From assembly GCA_023515795.1 (NCBI GenBank), contig JALGPX010000046.1, positions 1 through 64,000 on the forward strand: DNA of 64,000 bases, read 5' to 3'. Of this stretch, positions 12,067 to 24,011 are shown piece after piece (the stretch's first letter is position 1; each line of letters starts with the position of its first letter). The translations under genes were made by a program, and so were the position numbers. This DNA is from Amoeboaphelidium occidentale. Its lineage: Eukaryota. The notes under the pieces are model-generated. The model ran no database searches and had not been told where the DNA came from. It saw only the letters and a program-made list of their open reading frames with translations.

Positions 12067-14384
12067 ATGGAGCGATTAATTGTGATTTCAAATAGATTGC
12101 CGGTGTCTATGCAGCGCAGTGAAGACGGCTCATGGACTTATAAAATGTCTTCTGGTGGTTTAGTGTCTGCTTTATCAGGGCTTAAGAAGATGATGTCTTT
12201 TACTTGGATCGGTTGGCCTGGTGTCGAGGTTCCTTTGGAAGAGCGCGGAGAGGTCAGCCGTCAGTTGATGGAACAGTTCTCTTGTGTCCCAGTGTTTCTG
12301 TTGGACCAGGTTGCTGAGTTATATTACAACGGATTTTCCAACAGCATTCTTTGGCCCTTGTTTCATTACTTGCCTGGTGAAATTAACTTTGATGATTCCT
12401 ACTGGGAGGCATATCAAGAGGCTAATCGTATGTTTGCTACAGCAGTCGCTCCAGTGCTAAGAGAAGGCGATCTTGTTTGGGTTCAGGATTATCATTTGAT
12501 GCTGTTGCCTTCGATGTTGCGCTCAATGTTACCGCAAAGTTTCAATTGTCGATTTGGTTTCTTCTTGCATACTCCTTTTCCGTCTTCGGAAATTTATCGT
12601 ATTCTGCCGGTGCGCAGAGAGATTCTGTTGGGTGTGCTGCAATGCGATTTAATCGGGTTTCATACCTACGACTACGCAAGGCATTTCTTGTCAAGTTGCA
12701 CACGTATTTTAGGTCTGAGCACTTTACCTAATGGTGTTGAGTATGAAGGTCGTCTGGTGCATGTTGGTACATTTCCTATTGGCATTGATCCAGATAAATT
12801 CATTCAAGGATTGCAAGAAGAACGCATTCAACAGAGAATTGCTAAGTTGAAAGAAAAGTTCAAAGATGTTACTGTTCTTGTTGGTGTTGATCGTTTGGAT
12901 TATATCAAAGGTGTTCCGCAGAAGCTTTATGCGTTTGAAGGATTTCTTGATAGTCATCCAGAGTTTCAGGGCAAAGTCGTTTTAGTTCAAGTTGCTGTGC
13001 CATCTCGAACTGATGTCGAAGAGTATCAGAATTTAAGATCTGCAGTCAATGAACAAGTTGGAAGAATCAATGGTAAATTTGGAACTGTGGATTTTATGCC
13101 AATTCACTTCATGAACAAATCTGTTAACTTTGAAGAATTAGTTGCATTATACAGAATTGCAGATGCTTGTTTAGTGTCTTCAACAAGAGATGGTATGAAT
13201 TTGGTCAGTTATGAGTATATCACTTGTCAACAGGATAATCATGGAGTTTTAGTTTTAAGCGAGTTTGCAGGTGCTGCGCAGTCATTGAATGGAAGTGTTA
13301 TTGTTAATCCTTGGAACACCGAAGAACTGGCTGATGCAATTTATCAGGCTGTCACGATGTCTCCTGACCAAAGGAAGATAAACCATCAAAAGCTTTTCAG
13401 ATATGTTACAAAGTACACCGCTGCTTATTGGGGTTTAAGCTTTGTCAATGAATTAAGAAGAGTCAGTAAGGAGTATGATCATACCAACGCATTGCCTAAA
13501 TTGGATAACACAATTGTATGGAAAAAGTTTAAAGATGCTTCGAAGAAGAAGGTTATCTTCTTAGATTATGATGGAACATTGACAGCATCTCACAAAATAC
13601 CAGAATTTGCAAGACCGTCTGCTGCAATTCTGAATACCCTGGCTAAGCTGGCGAATGCCGAAAACACTTATGTCTACATTCTTTCAGGAAGGGGTCGTGT
13701 TCATTTGGATAAATGGTTCGAAGAGACTGGAATCGGTTTGAGTGCTGAACATGGTTGCTTTTATAAGCACCCTAAAAATTACTTGGAGCAAAATGGAAAA
13801 GTTTCTTATGAGAGCAATGAAGACAATTGGATCAGAATGGTTAATGACTTTAATAGCTCATGGAGGGACATTATTCGTCCTGTTTTCCAACATTATACAG
13901 AAAGAACTCCAGGATCATTTATTGAAGAGAAAGAAGTTAATCTTACATGGCATTATCGTGCCGCAGATCCTGAATTTGGAGGATGGCAAGCTGCGGAGTT
14001 GCAAGTCAATTTGGAGAAGGTATTGAGTCACATGGCTGTTTCTATTGTGCTTGGTAACAAGACTCTTGAATTAAGGCCTTCAGCAGTTGATAAATCGACC
14101 TCTGTAAAAGCAATACTGAAAGATATCGGAGGGTAAGAGCATTTAGTTTGACTTACTTACTTTTTAGACAAGAGGATGTTGATTTTATTCTATGTGTTGG
14201 TGATGGAAAGACTGACGAAGTTGTCTTCAACTTATTGAAAGGATACAAATCTGCAGTTACCTGTACTGTCGGAAAGAAACAAACTGAAGGTAGTTTTACT
14301 GCTTCTTTAACTTACATTTTAGCGAGCTATTATTTGGAATCTGTTCAGGATGTTTCTGCTTTGCTTTTCGGAATGACAGCTTAG
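12067..14384 (+). CDS. Trehalose-6-phosphate synthase/phosphatase fusion (GT20 + HAD)
   Basis: ISNRLP, SSGGLVSAL, WVQDYHL, DRLDYIKG, RDGMNLVSYE; HAD motifs FLDYDGTL, SGR, GDGKTDE; two 3' introns. Confidence 0.93.
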
Positions 14385-14438
14385 AGCGAAGGGAATTAAT
14401 GATATGAGAATAAATAAATTTATAAGATCACACCCAGT

Positions 14439-16113
14439 CTAATCTATTAGCAGAGGACTATCAATTACTGCAAAGCCTGAAGCAACACCTCCTTCATCTG
14501 TGTTTGCAGTTTTAGTTCTTAGAAGGTGCCCACAAACATTGTTGGCTACTGTGGTTTTACCGTCACTTTAAAGTTAGATATAAGTTAAGCACATTACCTT
14601 ATGTAAACTCCATAGACTCCCAGTTCTGAAACGACGTCTGCTTCAATGACAATTCCGTCCCGAACCAGAGCATTCTTGTAAGGTGGAGGAAGAATCCTTT
14701 CCATCAATATATAAGCCGACGTCTCTTCCCTTGACATTGATTTCAATTTTTCCTTCACTTTCTCTCCATAATAGTTGTTTCCTCCGCCTTCCCTTTGCGG
14801 TTTCAAAACGAACTTGTTAGGATCCCCGAGAGCCATTTCTATATTCTTGCTCCCGTCTTCGTTATTATCGAGAGAGTAGATACCTGTAAAACATTTCCTT
14901 AGTGACCTTGCTTCTTCTGAATTGCAAAACCTAGTTTTTAGCATTCCATCACTTACACTTACCTCTCCAGTTGATCTTGGACTGCTAAAACTTGTTGTAC
15001 TTTCTTGGCACCTACCAATTGATATGCAACTGTAGGGCATTTGATAGCGTAAGATTGTTCAATTAATAATCTAGCATTCCACTCATTCTTGCTAGGATAA
15101 TCTCCTGGACCATAACCTGATCTGAAGTAAACGACAGCTATTTCTAGTCCGCTAGAAACGTTAATAATGTTTAGAGGCAATTACTCGATTATCAAAGGAT
15201 CTCCTGGAGTAAACTTCTTAACGCATGAGCCAACTTGAGAAAGTGTTCTTCTGATACACTTGACTTTGAACTTTTCTAATAATTCATACTCAATTAGACG
15301 CTGATCAAAAACATTTCGCTCTGCAGGCTGGACAACAAACAAAACATGTGCCTTTGCATTTCCATAAAGCTTCCACGCTTCATAAATACCCTGAGACAAT
15401 CCTTGAAGAGCAGCATTATTGGGCAGACTATGCCTTTGAATATCAAGTGTCTCAGCGTCAGCATGATTATAAAAGTCGTAACGATCACTCAAAAACTGAT
15501 GCAGCTTTGTGATAACTGTAGAAAGGCATGCAAATGAAGCTGAAACTGTGTTCAATTCAACTTGTTTGATTTGATAATCGTTCGTGGCGCGATCATGGTG
15601 CAGCATGTAATCAGAGCGATGGATGCCCAAAACAATTCTCTAAACATAAGGAAAACTCCTCTTGGGATATTCTGACCTGTTTCTTTTCCTGTGACTTAAC
15701 TTTCTTGTAAATATCATAAAGGCCTCCAGTGAAATCATCAACTTTGGACAAGCTACAGAGCATTACAATGCAACAGGTCAAAATTACGGCTCGAAAATCG
15801 TCTTCATGAACTCCTCATCGACAGAAATGCGTTGCACCAACTCATTAAACAGCGACTGCAACTTCAGAGCCTTTTCGTACTCCTTCCGTGGAAAAGGTGA
15901 AGGGAACAGAGCGAACGGTGCATGCGACGTCAAGACACCAAGCCCAGACACTTCCTGAACACTTAAAGCATCTGCATCTGTTTTAATTTGATCTTTTTCA
16001 GCTCGTTTCATAAGAGCACCAGCACTCATGGCTTTGGTAACTGCGTGTTCAGCGAGCACGAGCAAGTCGTGTCTTTGCAACGTCGGCGGCCAAGTTTGAA
16101 ACGCTTTCTCCAT
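14439..16113 (-). CDS. GSH2: Glutathione synthetase, eukaryotic type, multi-exon
   Basis: [39 protein letters not shown], terminal [15 protein letters not shown]. Confidence 0.93.
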
Positions 16114-16158
16114 ACAGAAAAAAATTAAAATAATTTAGGCAAAACTTTTAATTACGCG

Positions 16159-17785
16159 TTACTGCAAGAATTGATGATAAATCGGATTATTTGTTTCGTC
16201 CCGATACTTAAACTTTAGCTCCGATAAGAAGGTTTGAAACTTCGATTCATCTTCTGGAGGAACTTGTATACCAACGAGAACTTTACCCATATCAGCACCG
16301 TAATTCCTGTAATGGAACAAAGAAACATTCCAGCCAGCTTGCAAGCCAGACAAAAATCTTTGCAGAGCTCCAGGTCTCTCAGGAAAATAAAACTGATACA
16401 ATCTTTCATGAGGAACCTAAATATGTTAACATTTATCGCGATTAAGTTCTTACTTTAAATCTGCCTCCTATTAAGTATCGCGCGTGGGCTTTTGCAACCT
16501 CATTTTCACTTAGATCTGTACCTTTCATGCCTTTCTCTTCCAGAGATTCTAGAATACTCTTGACATCTTTCTTTCTATCTGAGACTTCAAATGACATAAT
16601 AATATGAGCATCCATGTCGTTAGAATATCTATAGCTGAATTCTGTCACACTTCGCGGTGCAATGGTTTCGTAAAGGGCCATAAAGCTTCCTGGTTTCTCT
16701 GGAATAATTGCCGATATCATAGCTTCTTTATCATCACCAAGACTTGCTCTCTCCGCAACAAATCTTAATCGGTCAAAGTTCATGTTTGCTCCACTTGTAA
16801 CAGCCACAAATGATTTTCCTGTAATCTTGTTCTTCTGCACATATTTCTTCAATCCTGCGACACCCAAAGCTCCTGCTGGTTCTAAAACACTTCGAGTGTC
16901 CACAAAAACATCCCGAATAGCTGAGCAAATCTCATCATTCGTAACGAGAATTACTTCATCGATGCCTGGATATGGTGAATTCCCGCCTTCTCTGTTTCCA
17001 TAGCAAATACGGAAAGTCTCTTCACCAACCAATTTAACAGCAGCGCCATCAGCAAATAAGCCAACATCTTCCAATAAAACACGTCGTTTTGCTCCGAGGG
17101 AAACATACATTCCATTAGCATCTTCAGTTTCAACTCCAACAACTTTAACGTGTGGATAAATTTGCTTGATGAATGCAGTTATACCAGCAATCATTCCACC
17201 TCCTCCGACTGCGCAGAAGATGGCATCAATGTCTTCGTTTCGGTGTGCTAGGAAGGCATTCGAGGTATCAGAGAGTATCGCCTGGCTTTGCTTCATAATT
17301 TCAATAGCCATTGTTCCTTGACCTGCGATAGTATAAGGATCATCGAATGGATGTATAAATGCCAACTTCTTCTCCTTCATTAAGCGCATACATTCTACTT
17401 TAGCTTCATCAAAATCATCACCGTAAAGAACAACTTCTGCGCCCAACCTCTGAACATTCTTGTACTTGATCGCAGGCGTGCACAAAGGCATTACAATAAT
17501 TGCGGGTATATTCAACTTACGAGCAGCCAATGCAACACCCTGAGCATGATTTCCAGCACTGACCGATATCACACCGCGACTCTTTTCCTCATCGCTTAAA
17601 TGGTACATCTTGTTGTAAGCTCCACGCAGCTTAAATGAGAACACAGATTGTAGATCCTCCCTCTTCAGAAGAACATTATTCTTAAGTCTGTCTGATAAGT
17701 TTATCGCATGAGTTAACGGAGTCTCTGCAGCTACGTCATAAACTCGCGCTTGAAGAATCAATTGCAAATAGTCTGGAATCGACAT
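16159..17785 (-). CDS. ILV1: Threonine ammonia-lyase (biosynthetic type, two ACT-like domains)
   Basis: KREDLQSVFSFKLRGAYN, SAGNHAQG, SGANMNFDRL, FPERPGAL; one intron near 16415-16450. Confidence 0.92.
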
Positions 17786-17975
17786 GTAAAAAAGAAGATC
17801 GTAGCTAGTAATACGTCGCATATGTATTCAAACTATCGTTAGATGCTGTTATTGAGTAGTATCTTAGACTCACGAATTGGCCTCCAGTCCAGCACCTCGC
17901 CGCCACCAATCACAGTGTTGTTTCGGACCCTTACTGCTTCATCTCTCTGTTCCTGTCTCTATTCTGTTAATTCAA

Positions 17976-19511
17976 ATGCTGCCAGTATCGTATTTCTTTG
18001 ATAAGATATTCTGGGGTGCAATCTGGATCGCTGCAAACATTGCGGTTTTCGCGTGGGCATTTTATGAGGAGAAACATAGGAAGGATAATCAGAAGAACAA
18101 GGATGTTATGGGAATCTACTTATTGATTGCGAGATCTGCTGCAAGATGTCTTAATTTACAATTGGCGTTGATATTGATACCGATCTGCAAGAACTTCTTA
18201 TCTTTCTTGAAAAGAGTGCCATACCTTCACCAGCTAATACCTCTTGACAAGAATATCAAGTTTCACAGGTATATTGCGGTGTTCTTGTTCGTGTTTACTC
18301 TAATACACACGATCGCGCATTGGTTCAATGCTTTCAAACTGGAAAAGAAACAAAACAGCAAGTACGACGCAATGCAGATTGCTTGGATATCTTGGGCTGG
18401 GGCTACAGGTCAAATAATGGTGTTCATTATGATACTGATGTACACCGCTGCAATGACCCATCTGAAGAAACAATGCTATGAACTATTCTGGTATACCCAT
18501 CATCTATCCATGCCTTTCTTTGGTTGCGCATTGTTTCACTCATTTGGTTGTCTGCTGAAGAACGACAATGGTGTTTGCTACGAAAAGACCACTTGGAAAT
18601 GGGTAATTGGCCCCTTGAGTCTTTATTTCTTTGAAGTATTGCTTCGGCATTATAGAGCTGCTCAGAAAACAAAAGTGGTCAAAGTCGTACATCATCCAAA
18701 CAAGACATTTGAGTTGCAGTTCTCCAAACCGTCAATGAAGATGAGATGTGGACAGTACGTGTTTGTCAATGTTCCAAAAGTATCAAAAACTCAATGGCAT
18801 CCTTACACTTTGACCTCATGTCAAGATGATGATTTTCACTCCATACATCTTCGTGTTGTTGGAGACTGGACAATGGAAGTCGCAAAGAAGTTTGGTTGCA
18901 TGACTGAAAATGGTGACTGGCAACCTCAATACAATTTCAGCATCAAGGACATTCCGCACATAAAAGTGGATGGTCCTTATGGTTCTGCTTGTGAGCATGT
19001 TTTCAAATACAAATCTGTTGTGTTTGCTTGTGGTGGTATCGGAGTAACTCCCTTTGCAGCGATTCTCAAACGTATATGGTACAGTCTTAAGAACAGAGAA
19101 CAAGACCGAAAAATCCAAAAGCTCACGATCTTGTGGGTATCAAGGTCTATGAAGTCTTTTGAATGGTTCCAAGATTTACTGTACTACGTTGAGCAGGAGA
19201 ACGTGGATAATTTTCTAGATATTCATATTCATTTGACTGGCGAGATCGCGCAGAAGCAAGCATTACAGATTGTATCTGGTTCCAGCTCAGTAAGAGACTC
19301 AATTACCAATTTAAAATCAAAAACACAATTCGGACGTCCAGATCTTGGCGCATTGTTCAAGAAGATAAAATATGATAGAACATCTCTGGAGTTCGGCAAG
19401 GTTGGTGTTTTTGTATGCGGCCCACAGAAATTCTCTCACGCGGTTCGACAAGAAGTTCATAGGGCTTCTGATAGTGAAGTGCAGTTTGATTTCCACAAAG
19501 AAAATTTCTAA
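17976..19511 (+). CDS. NADPH oxidase catalytic subunit (gp91phox/NoxA-like, no EF hands)
   Basis: Heme His pairs (FHRYIA...HTIAH; YTHH...LFH), QWHPYT, VDGPYG, GGIGVTPF, FVCGP, terminal FHKENF. Confidence 0.93.
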   Translation: MLPVSYFFDKIFWGAIWIAANIAVFAWAFYEEKHRKDNQKNKDVMGIYLLIARSAARCLNLQLALILIPICKNFLSFLKRVPYLHQLIPLDKNIKFHRYIAVFLFVFTLIHTIAHWFNAFKLEKKQNSKYDAMQIAWISWAGATGQIMVFIMILMYTAAMTHLKKQCYELFWYTHHLSMPFFGCALFHSFGCLLKNDNGVCYEKTTWKWVIGPLSLYFFEVLLRHYRAAQKTKVVKVVHHPNKTFELQFSKPSMKMRCGQYVFVNVPKVSKTQWHPYTLTSCQDDDFHSIHLRVVGDWTMEVAKKFGCMTENGDWQPQYNFSIKDIPHIKVDGPYGSACEHVFKYKSVVFACGGIGVTPFAAILKRIWYSLKNREQDRKIQKLTILWVSRSMKSFEWFQDLLYYVEQENVDNFLDIHIHLTGEIAQKQALQIVSGSSSVRDSITNLKSKTQFGRPDLGALFKKIKYDRTSLEFGKVGVFVCGPQKFSHAVRQEVHRASDSEVQFDFHKENF

Positions 19512-19546
19512 TTCAAACATTCTTGCGACAAAATAGATTCTTTTAA

Positions 19547-20836
19547 ATGGACAAAGTCCCTTGGCAAGAATGGGAACAAGAGCTCTTGCAATATGAAGCA
19601 AATTATCTCAATAGTTTAAACCAGAACAATAGCAGCAGCGTTAATTCTCCATTTGATGGGACTGCCAGTAAAGTCACAGGATCCTCGACCACAGTCCCAA
19701 CAAGCTCTGGCGCTTTCGCTACTAATACACTTCAACAAACTGAAGCTATAAGAAAAAAGCATTATAACCTTGCATTGGAACATATCGCTATAGAGGAAGC
19801 GCTGAAACCAGAGATACTGTAAGGTGTTCTTTTAAATTAACATGATCATGATAGGTTGCAAAAGGAAAACATTTCTGGGACATTTAGAAATGATGAAGCT
19901 GCAGAGAATAGTAGTAAAATTCAAGAGGCAATGAAGAAGAAGGAAGCTGATATGAATGCTCTCTCACAAAAGCTAGAGGAATTCACAAAAACGATCTCAG
20001 CGTTTCACAGCCAAATGATGTCTATGATTCCTGAAGTCAAAGCAGCACCTGCGACACTCAACACTAATTCCTCACAAACTTTCTTTGATGATAGTCAGAT
20101 ACCGTCAATGTTTTCTAGTGAATTTGGCAGTTCGTCGGTTCCTCAACCACAGCCTCAACAGCAGCCATCACCACCAAAGTCACAAGGATTACTGCCGACT
20201 CAGAATACACGTAGATTTCAAAATCAGGATCCCAAGCTATCACTTGTGTCTTCTTTAGGCACAACACCAGTTCAACAATCTGATGGTTTGGACAGGGGCA
20301 TGTCGTTACCAACTGATGGTAATTTGATGAATATTGGGACTTTAAACATGCCCTTGGGCTCTTCTTTCAATCCGGAAGTACCAAGACCTCTTAATACGTT
20401 TGGAGTTCAGTTACAACAGTCTGCCATGAAGAATATGCCTTTGAGTGCTTCTGCGGTGCCTAATTCTCATCTAAATGAACTGAAAAAGACAAGTCAGTTG
20501 AGTTTCAGAAGTCCTATTAATACAGTTGGTATTGTAACACAAACGACAACAAATAACCAAGGCCCTTCATCGGCTGTATCAGATCCTACCACGGCGGCAG
20601 TTACCCCTGCTTCTAATTTCGAAGCAAGTTTCGATAAGATTAGAGCACACGCAAGATCAAAAAGTGTCAGTTACAACGACCAGAATCCTAATTTATTAAT
20701 TCCGCAGACATTACTCAGTGTTTCAAGTGGCTCGCATCACTCTCCTGTTGGCTCTGCTTCACACTCCCCAACGGCGCGACGACTATCAAATGCTTCAGCT
20801 TTTCGGGCGCCACTTGATCAAATATCAGAAAAATGA
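19547..20836 (+). CDS. Hypothetical protein, coiled coil plus S/P/Q-rich disordered tail, 1 intron
   Basis: Two ORFs joined by a GT-AG intron at ~19819-19854; no recognised domain. Confidence 0.6.
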
Positions 20837-20948
20837 AATCAGATTTTCTCAACATTTCTTTTCTGCAATTGAATCTTGCGATTATAAACACGAAATCTTT
20901 CAAACCCATTGAACATTTCGTGTTCTTATCGCATTGACGCTTCGTTAT

Positions 20949-21044
20949 GGTTCAACTGATGAATTTGATTAAACCCAGCTCTTTGATGCCGCTACCAACG
21001 CTCACTTTGCGGTGACATGAAAAGCATTAATCGCCTGATGAACC
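20949..21044 (+). ncRNA. Box C/D snoRNA, snR69-like (predicted guide for LSU rRNA Cm2948, yeast numbering)
   Basis: Terminal stem GGTTCA/TGAACC; box C TGATGA at 20957; box D CTGA at 21035; guide TAAACCCAGCTC before D' TTGA is complementary to conserved LSU GAGCUGGGUUUA. Confidence 0.85.
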
Positions 21045-21128
21045 TAACGCGTCTGTTTTCTATTGAAATATAATATATATACATGCATTATGCTATTTGA
21101 CGCGTGTAATATTATTACCGCGGCTAAG

Positions 21129-22070
21129 CTAATGTTGACTTAGGATTAAGATAAGAATTAAGCCTGCGCTGGCGCCTAGCACGAACCAGCAATAATTCTT
21201 CTTTACGGCGGCCGCTATTCGTTCCCAACGCGTACTCTTCAACTTTGATGAGTCCCTCCTCAACATGAGCCTGTCTATAACATCCGAATGATTTGCTTCC
21301 AAGTCTGTGATGTTGGCAACCAGTGAAGCAACTTTGTCAACATCGCTTTGCATTCTTACCAGCTCGGCTGTCCTTTCCTGAACTATCACTCTGCATTCTT
21401 CTGCTGATACTTGTGTCAATGCGTCTGGTAATGTCTCAACCTGCGCATGTTGAACATTTATCGTCGCAGTTTGATCTGCTGCAGGAGCATTATCCTTCTT
21501 ATGCGCCTTCAAAAATTGATCTCTTCGTGCATTTTTGCTAGGAGCATCTTTAACTTTGAGCACAAACTCTTTGGACTTTTCCACTGCTCTCGACTGAATC
21601 TTCATGAACAGATCTACAGAATCTTTGAACTTCTTTGCTAGCTTGATCTCTGACCTCTTCTTTTGTATCAACTTAGGACTAATATCATCAAAATCCTCGT
21701 ATTTATCAAAGTTATTGATCGTTTCAATATCGAGATCTAATGCAGCGTCGACCATGTCGCTAAGCTCCACAATATCCACGCTGACTTTTGATATGAAATC
21801 CACTGTCCCAGCAATTGATACTTCAACTGATCTACGATGAGCTAAAGAATCTTCTGCTGTTCCGTACTTCTTGATCTGTTTCTCTATTGCAGCACTCTTG
21901 AGTAACAAGTCTTGGATCTGCTTTGAACACCATTGAAACCTCTTTTCCCATTCCTTATCAAACTCATCGTTATTAGAGCCCCTCCGTGTCGAGGGCTGTC
22001 CAATTGAATCTGTAGAGGAAGAAGGCTCCATTAAACTTTTTTCTAACGATCGTTGTTCAGCTTGTGACAT
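21129..22070 (-). CDS. Syntaxin-like t-SNARE (Pep12/Vam3/STX7-like, divergent)
   Basis: Habc-like helices (YGTAEDS..HR), SNARE-like heptads, C-terminal TM. Confidence 0.65.
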   Translation of the reverse strand: MSQAEQRSLEKSLMEPSSSTDSIGQPSTRRGSNNDEFDKEWEKRFQWCSKQIQDLLLKSAAIEKQIKKYGTAEDSLAHRRSVEVSIAGTVDFISKVSVDIVELSDMVDAALDLDIETINNFDKYEDFDDISPKLIQKKRSEIKLAKKFKDSVDLFMKIQSRAVEKSKEFVLKVKDAPSKNARRDQFLKAHKKDNAPAADQTATINVQHAQVETLPDALTQVSAEECRVIVQERTAELVRMQSDVDKVASLVANITDLEANHSDVIDRLMLRRDSSKLKSTRWERIAAAVKKNYCWFVLGASAGLILILILSQH

Positions 22071-22101
22071 CGCGTAAGAAAAATCTATTTTTAGAACAGC
22101 A

Positions 22102-23166
22102 ATGCAACCTGAAAACATCACCGTTACTGAAGAAGAAGCTCAGCTATACGACAGACAAATTCGTATTTGGGGCTTAGACGGGCAGAACAGGTTACTTTAA
22201 ATACCGTCCGGCGCATTTTAATTTAGAAGACTTCGACAAGCTAAAGTTCTGCTATGTGGGTTCAATGGTACACTCACGGAAATATGCAAAAATTTGGTTC
22301 TTGGTGGAATAGGAAGTTTGACAATACTTGATGATCATACTATGAAGAAGTCAGACTTAAATTCTCAGCTGTTCAGTCGACCTGAGGATGTCGGAACGAA
22401 GGTTCGTTGTCTGTGCTGAGAGGTATTTTAATTTTACAGAGAGCAACAGCTGCGCTTGCGCGCATAAAAGAAATGAATCCCCGTGTGGAAGTCAGTGTAG
22501 ATGTTGAGTCTCTGTCAAAGAAGAAGGATGATTATTTTGGCAAATTCGATGTTGTCGTGCTAAGCGTTATCGACCCTCATGAGATCGACCGTATTAATGC
22601 CGTTTGCAGGAAGCACGGCACTGCCTTTTACTCAACTTTTCTATGGGACCAGTGTGGCTTCATTTTTTGTGATGCCATCGAGAGGGAAGACGACTCTGCT
22701 AAGAAGGACACAGAGTCAAAGTTGCAGTGGAAGAGCTTTAAGGATTTCATTGAAGGATTTGAGAATCCTAAGGCTGAAACAATTAAGAGAAGGCGCAGAA
22801 CTCCGTCTGTTTACTATGAGTTCCAATGTAAGTGCATACATTGAAAAACACTGATTGTTGTTAGTGATTCTGAAGTATTTGTGGACCACCAAAGCCAAAT
22901 TCACAAAGAAATCATTGAAGGAATTAGCTGAATTAAAAGATACTTGGTTGAAGCGAAAGCACGAATTGTCTGATGAAGTTCTGACAAATGATCGCATGAA
23001 CCAACTGCTTTCAACTTTGGGCCAAGACGATATCAACGTGTGCACGGTTATTGGAGGCATTTTAGCTCAGGATATAATCAGACTAGTCTCCAAGAAGGGA
23101 AATCCTATTAGAAATTTGTTCTTGATGGATGCTGAGAATTTCACTGGTATTGTTAATTGCTTGTAG
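22102..23166 (+). CDS. AOS1: SUMO-activating enzyme E1 subunit 1 (Aos1/SAE1), 3 introns
   Basis: EEEAQLYDRQIRIWGLDGQNR, EICKNLVLGGIGSLT, EMNPRV, VIGGILAQDII. Confidence 0.85.
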
Positions 23167-23254
23167 AGGTCAAGCTGTGCGTTGATTGGACTATTCCAGG
23201 ACCATTATCTATCAGCTCTGATATCAATAAACTTGCCATCTTTTCTTAATTGAA

Positions 23255-23842
23255 ATGGGAAAGCCAATTTGGGGAATGTGGGCACGCTATCAAGCTATTA
23301 CGGCTGGTTTATGTAGGATCTTAATGTAAACGTTGAAACTGATCTTTGTAGTTATGGTTTCAGGCGGCATTGTAGGGTTGTTTTATGAGACAAAATGGCC
23401 TTCAATAGCCTCCATTCCTGAAGGTTTACTAGTGCTCCTACTTGAGATGCCTGTTCCAGGACTCAAAAGACTTGGCTTTGTTTACAGCAACTTGTATTTC
23501 AGAGCCGCGCTTTACGTGCTTTTGACTGTTCCACTCGCATTCTCAGCACCTACTACTACTGGTGGGCTGGCTTTACTTACCTCTGCGATCGTTTACACAG
23601 TTGGTGCACTAAACAAGGAACAGTTTATCCATCCGAAAGATTACGGCAAAAGAGCGAAGCACAGAACAATTAGCGCGATTGCTAGAGAAGAAGAGAAGAT
23701 GAACAGTAATGTACAGAGAACTTTAGATCCAAAGTACAATCCCTTCAATAATATTCAGAATTCACAAAGAGTAAACGATAATGCAACTGATAATCAACAT
23801 GAAACAGCTCAAGAAGTTGACGTTACTGAAGCAGGGATTTAA
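23255..23842 (+). CDS. Cytochrome b-245 light chain (p22phox/CYBA) homolog, 1 intron
   Basis: Splicing out 23313-23351 gives MGKPIWGMWARYQAITAGLFMVSGGIVG...LLEMP...NLYFRAALYVLLTVP...EQF, matching p22phox [27 protein letters not shown]...LLEYP...NYYVRAVLHLLLSVP...EQW. Confidence 0.85.
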
Positions 23843-24011
23843 TATCACAACATAGCCTTAATAGAGAATACTTAATTATCGTCATTTATCACTTTAGTAT
23901 CATTCGCCAAGTTTTCATTACGTTCCTAAAGCGCTTTTGCTTGTGCGCGAAACTTAGCCAATCATTTGCGTCATCAAGCTCTTCGCCCCTAACAAAGTTT
24001 TTGTGTACAGA

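Noticed and set aside
23895..23975. Hairpin (GCTAAGTTT/AAACTTGGC on the minus strand) with TGA pairs, considered as a SECIS
   Set aside because: Wrong strand for the neighbouring 3' UTR, loop too long, no apical AA, and no in-frame TGA gene nearby
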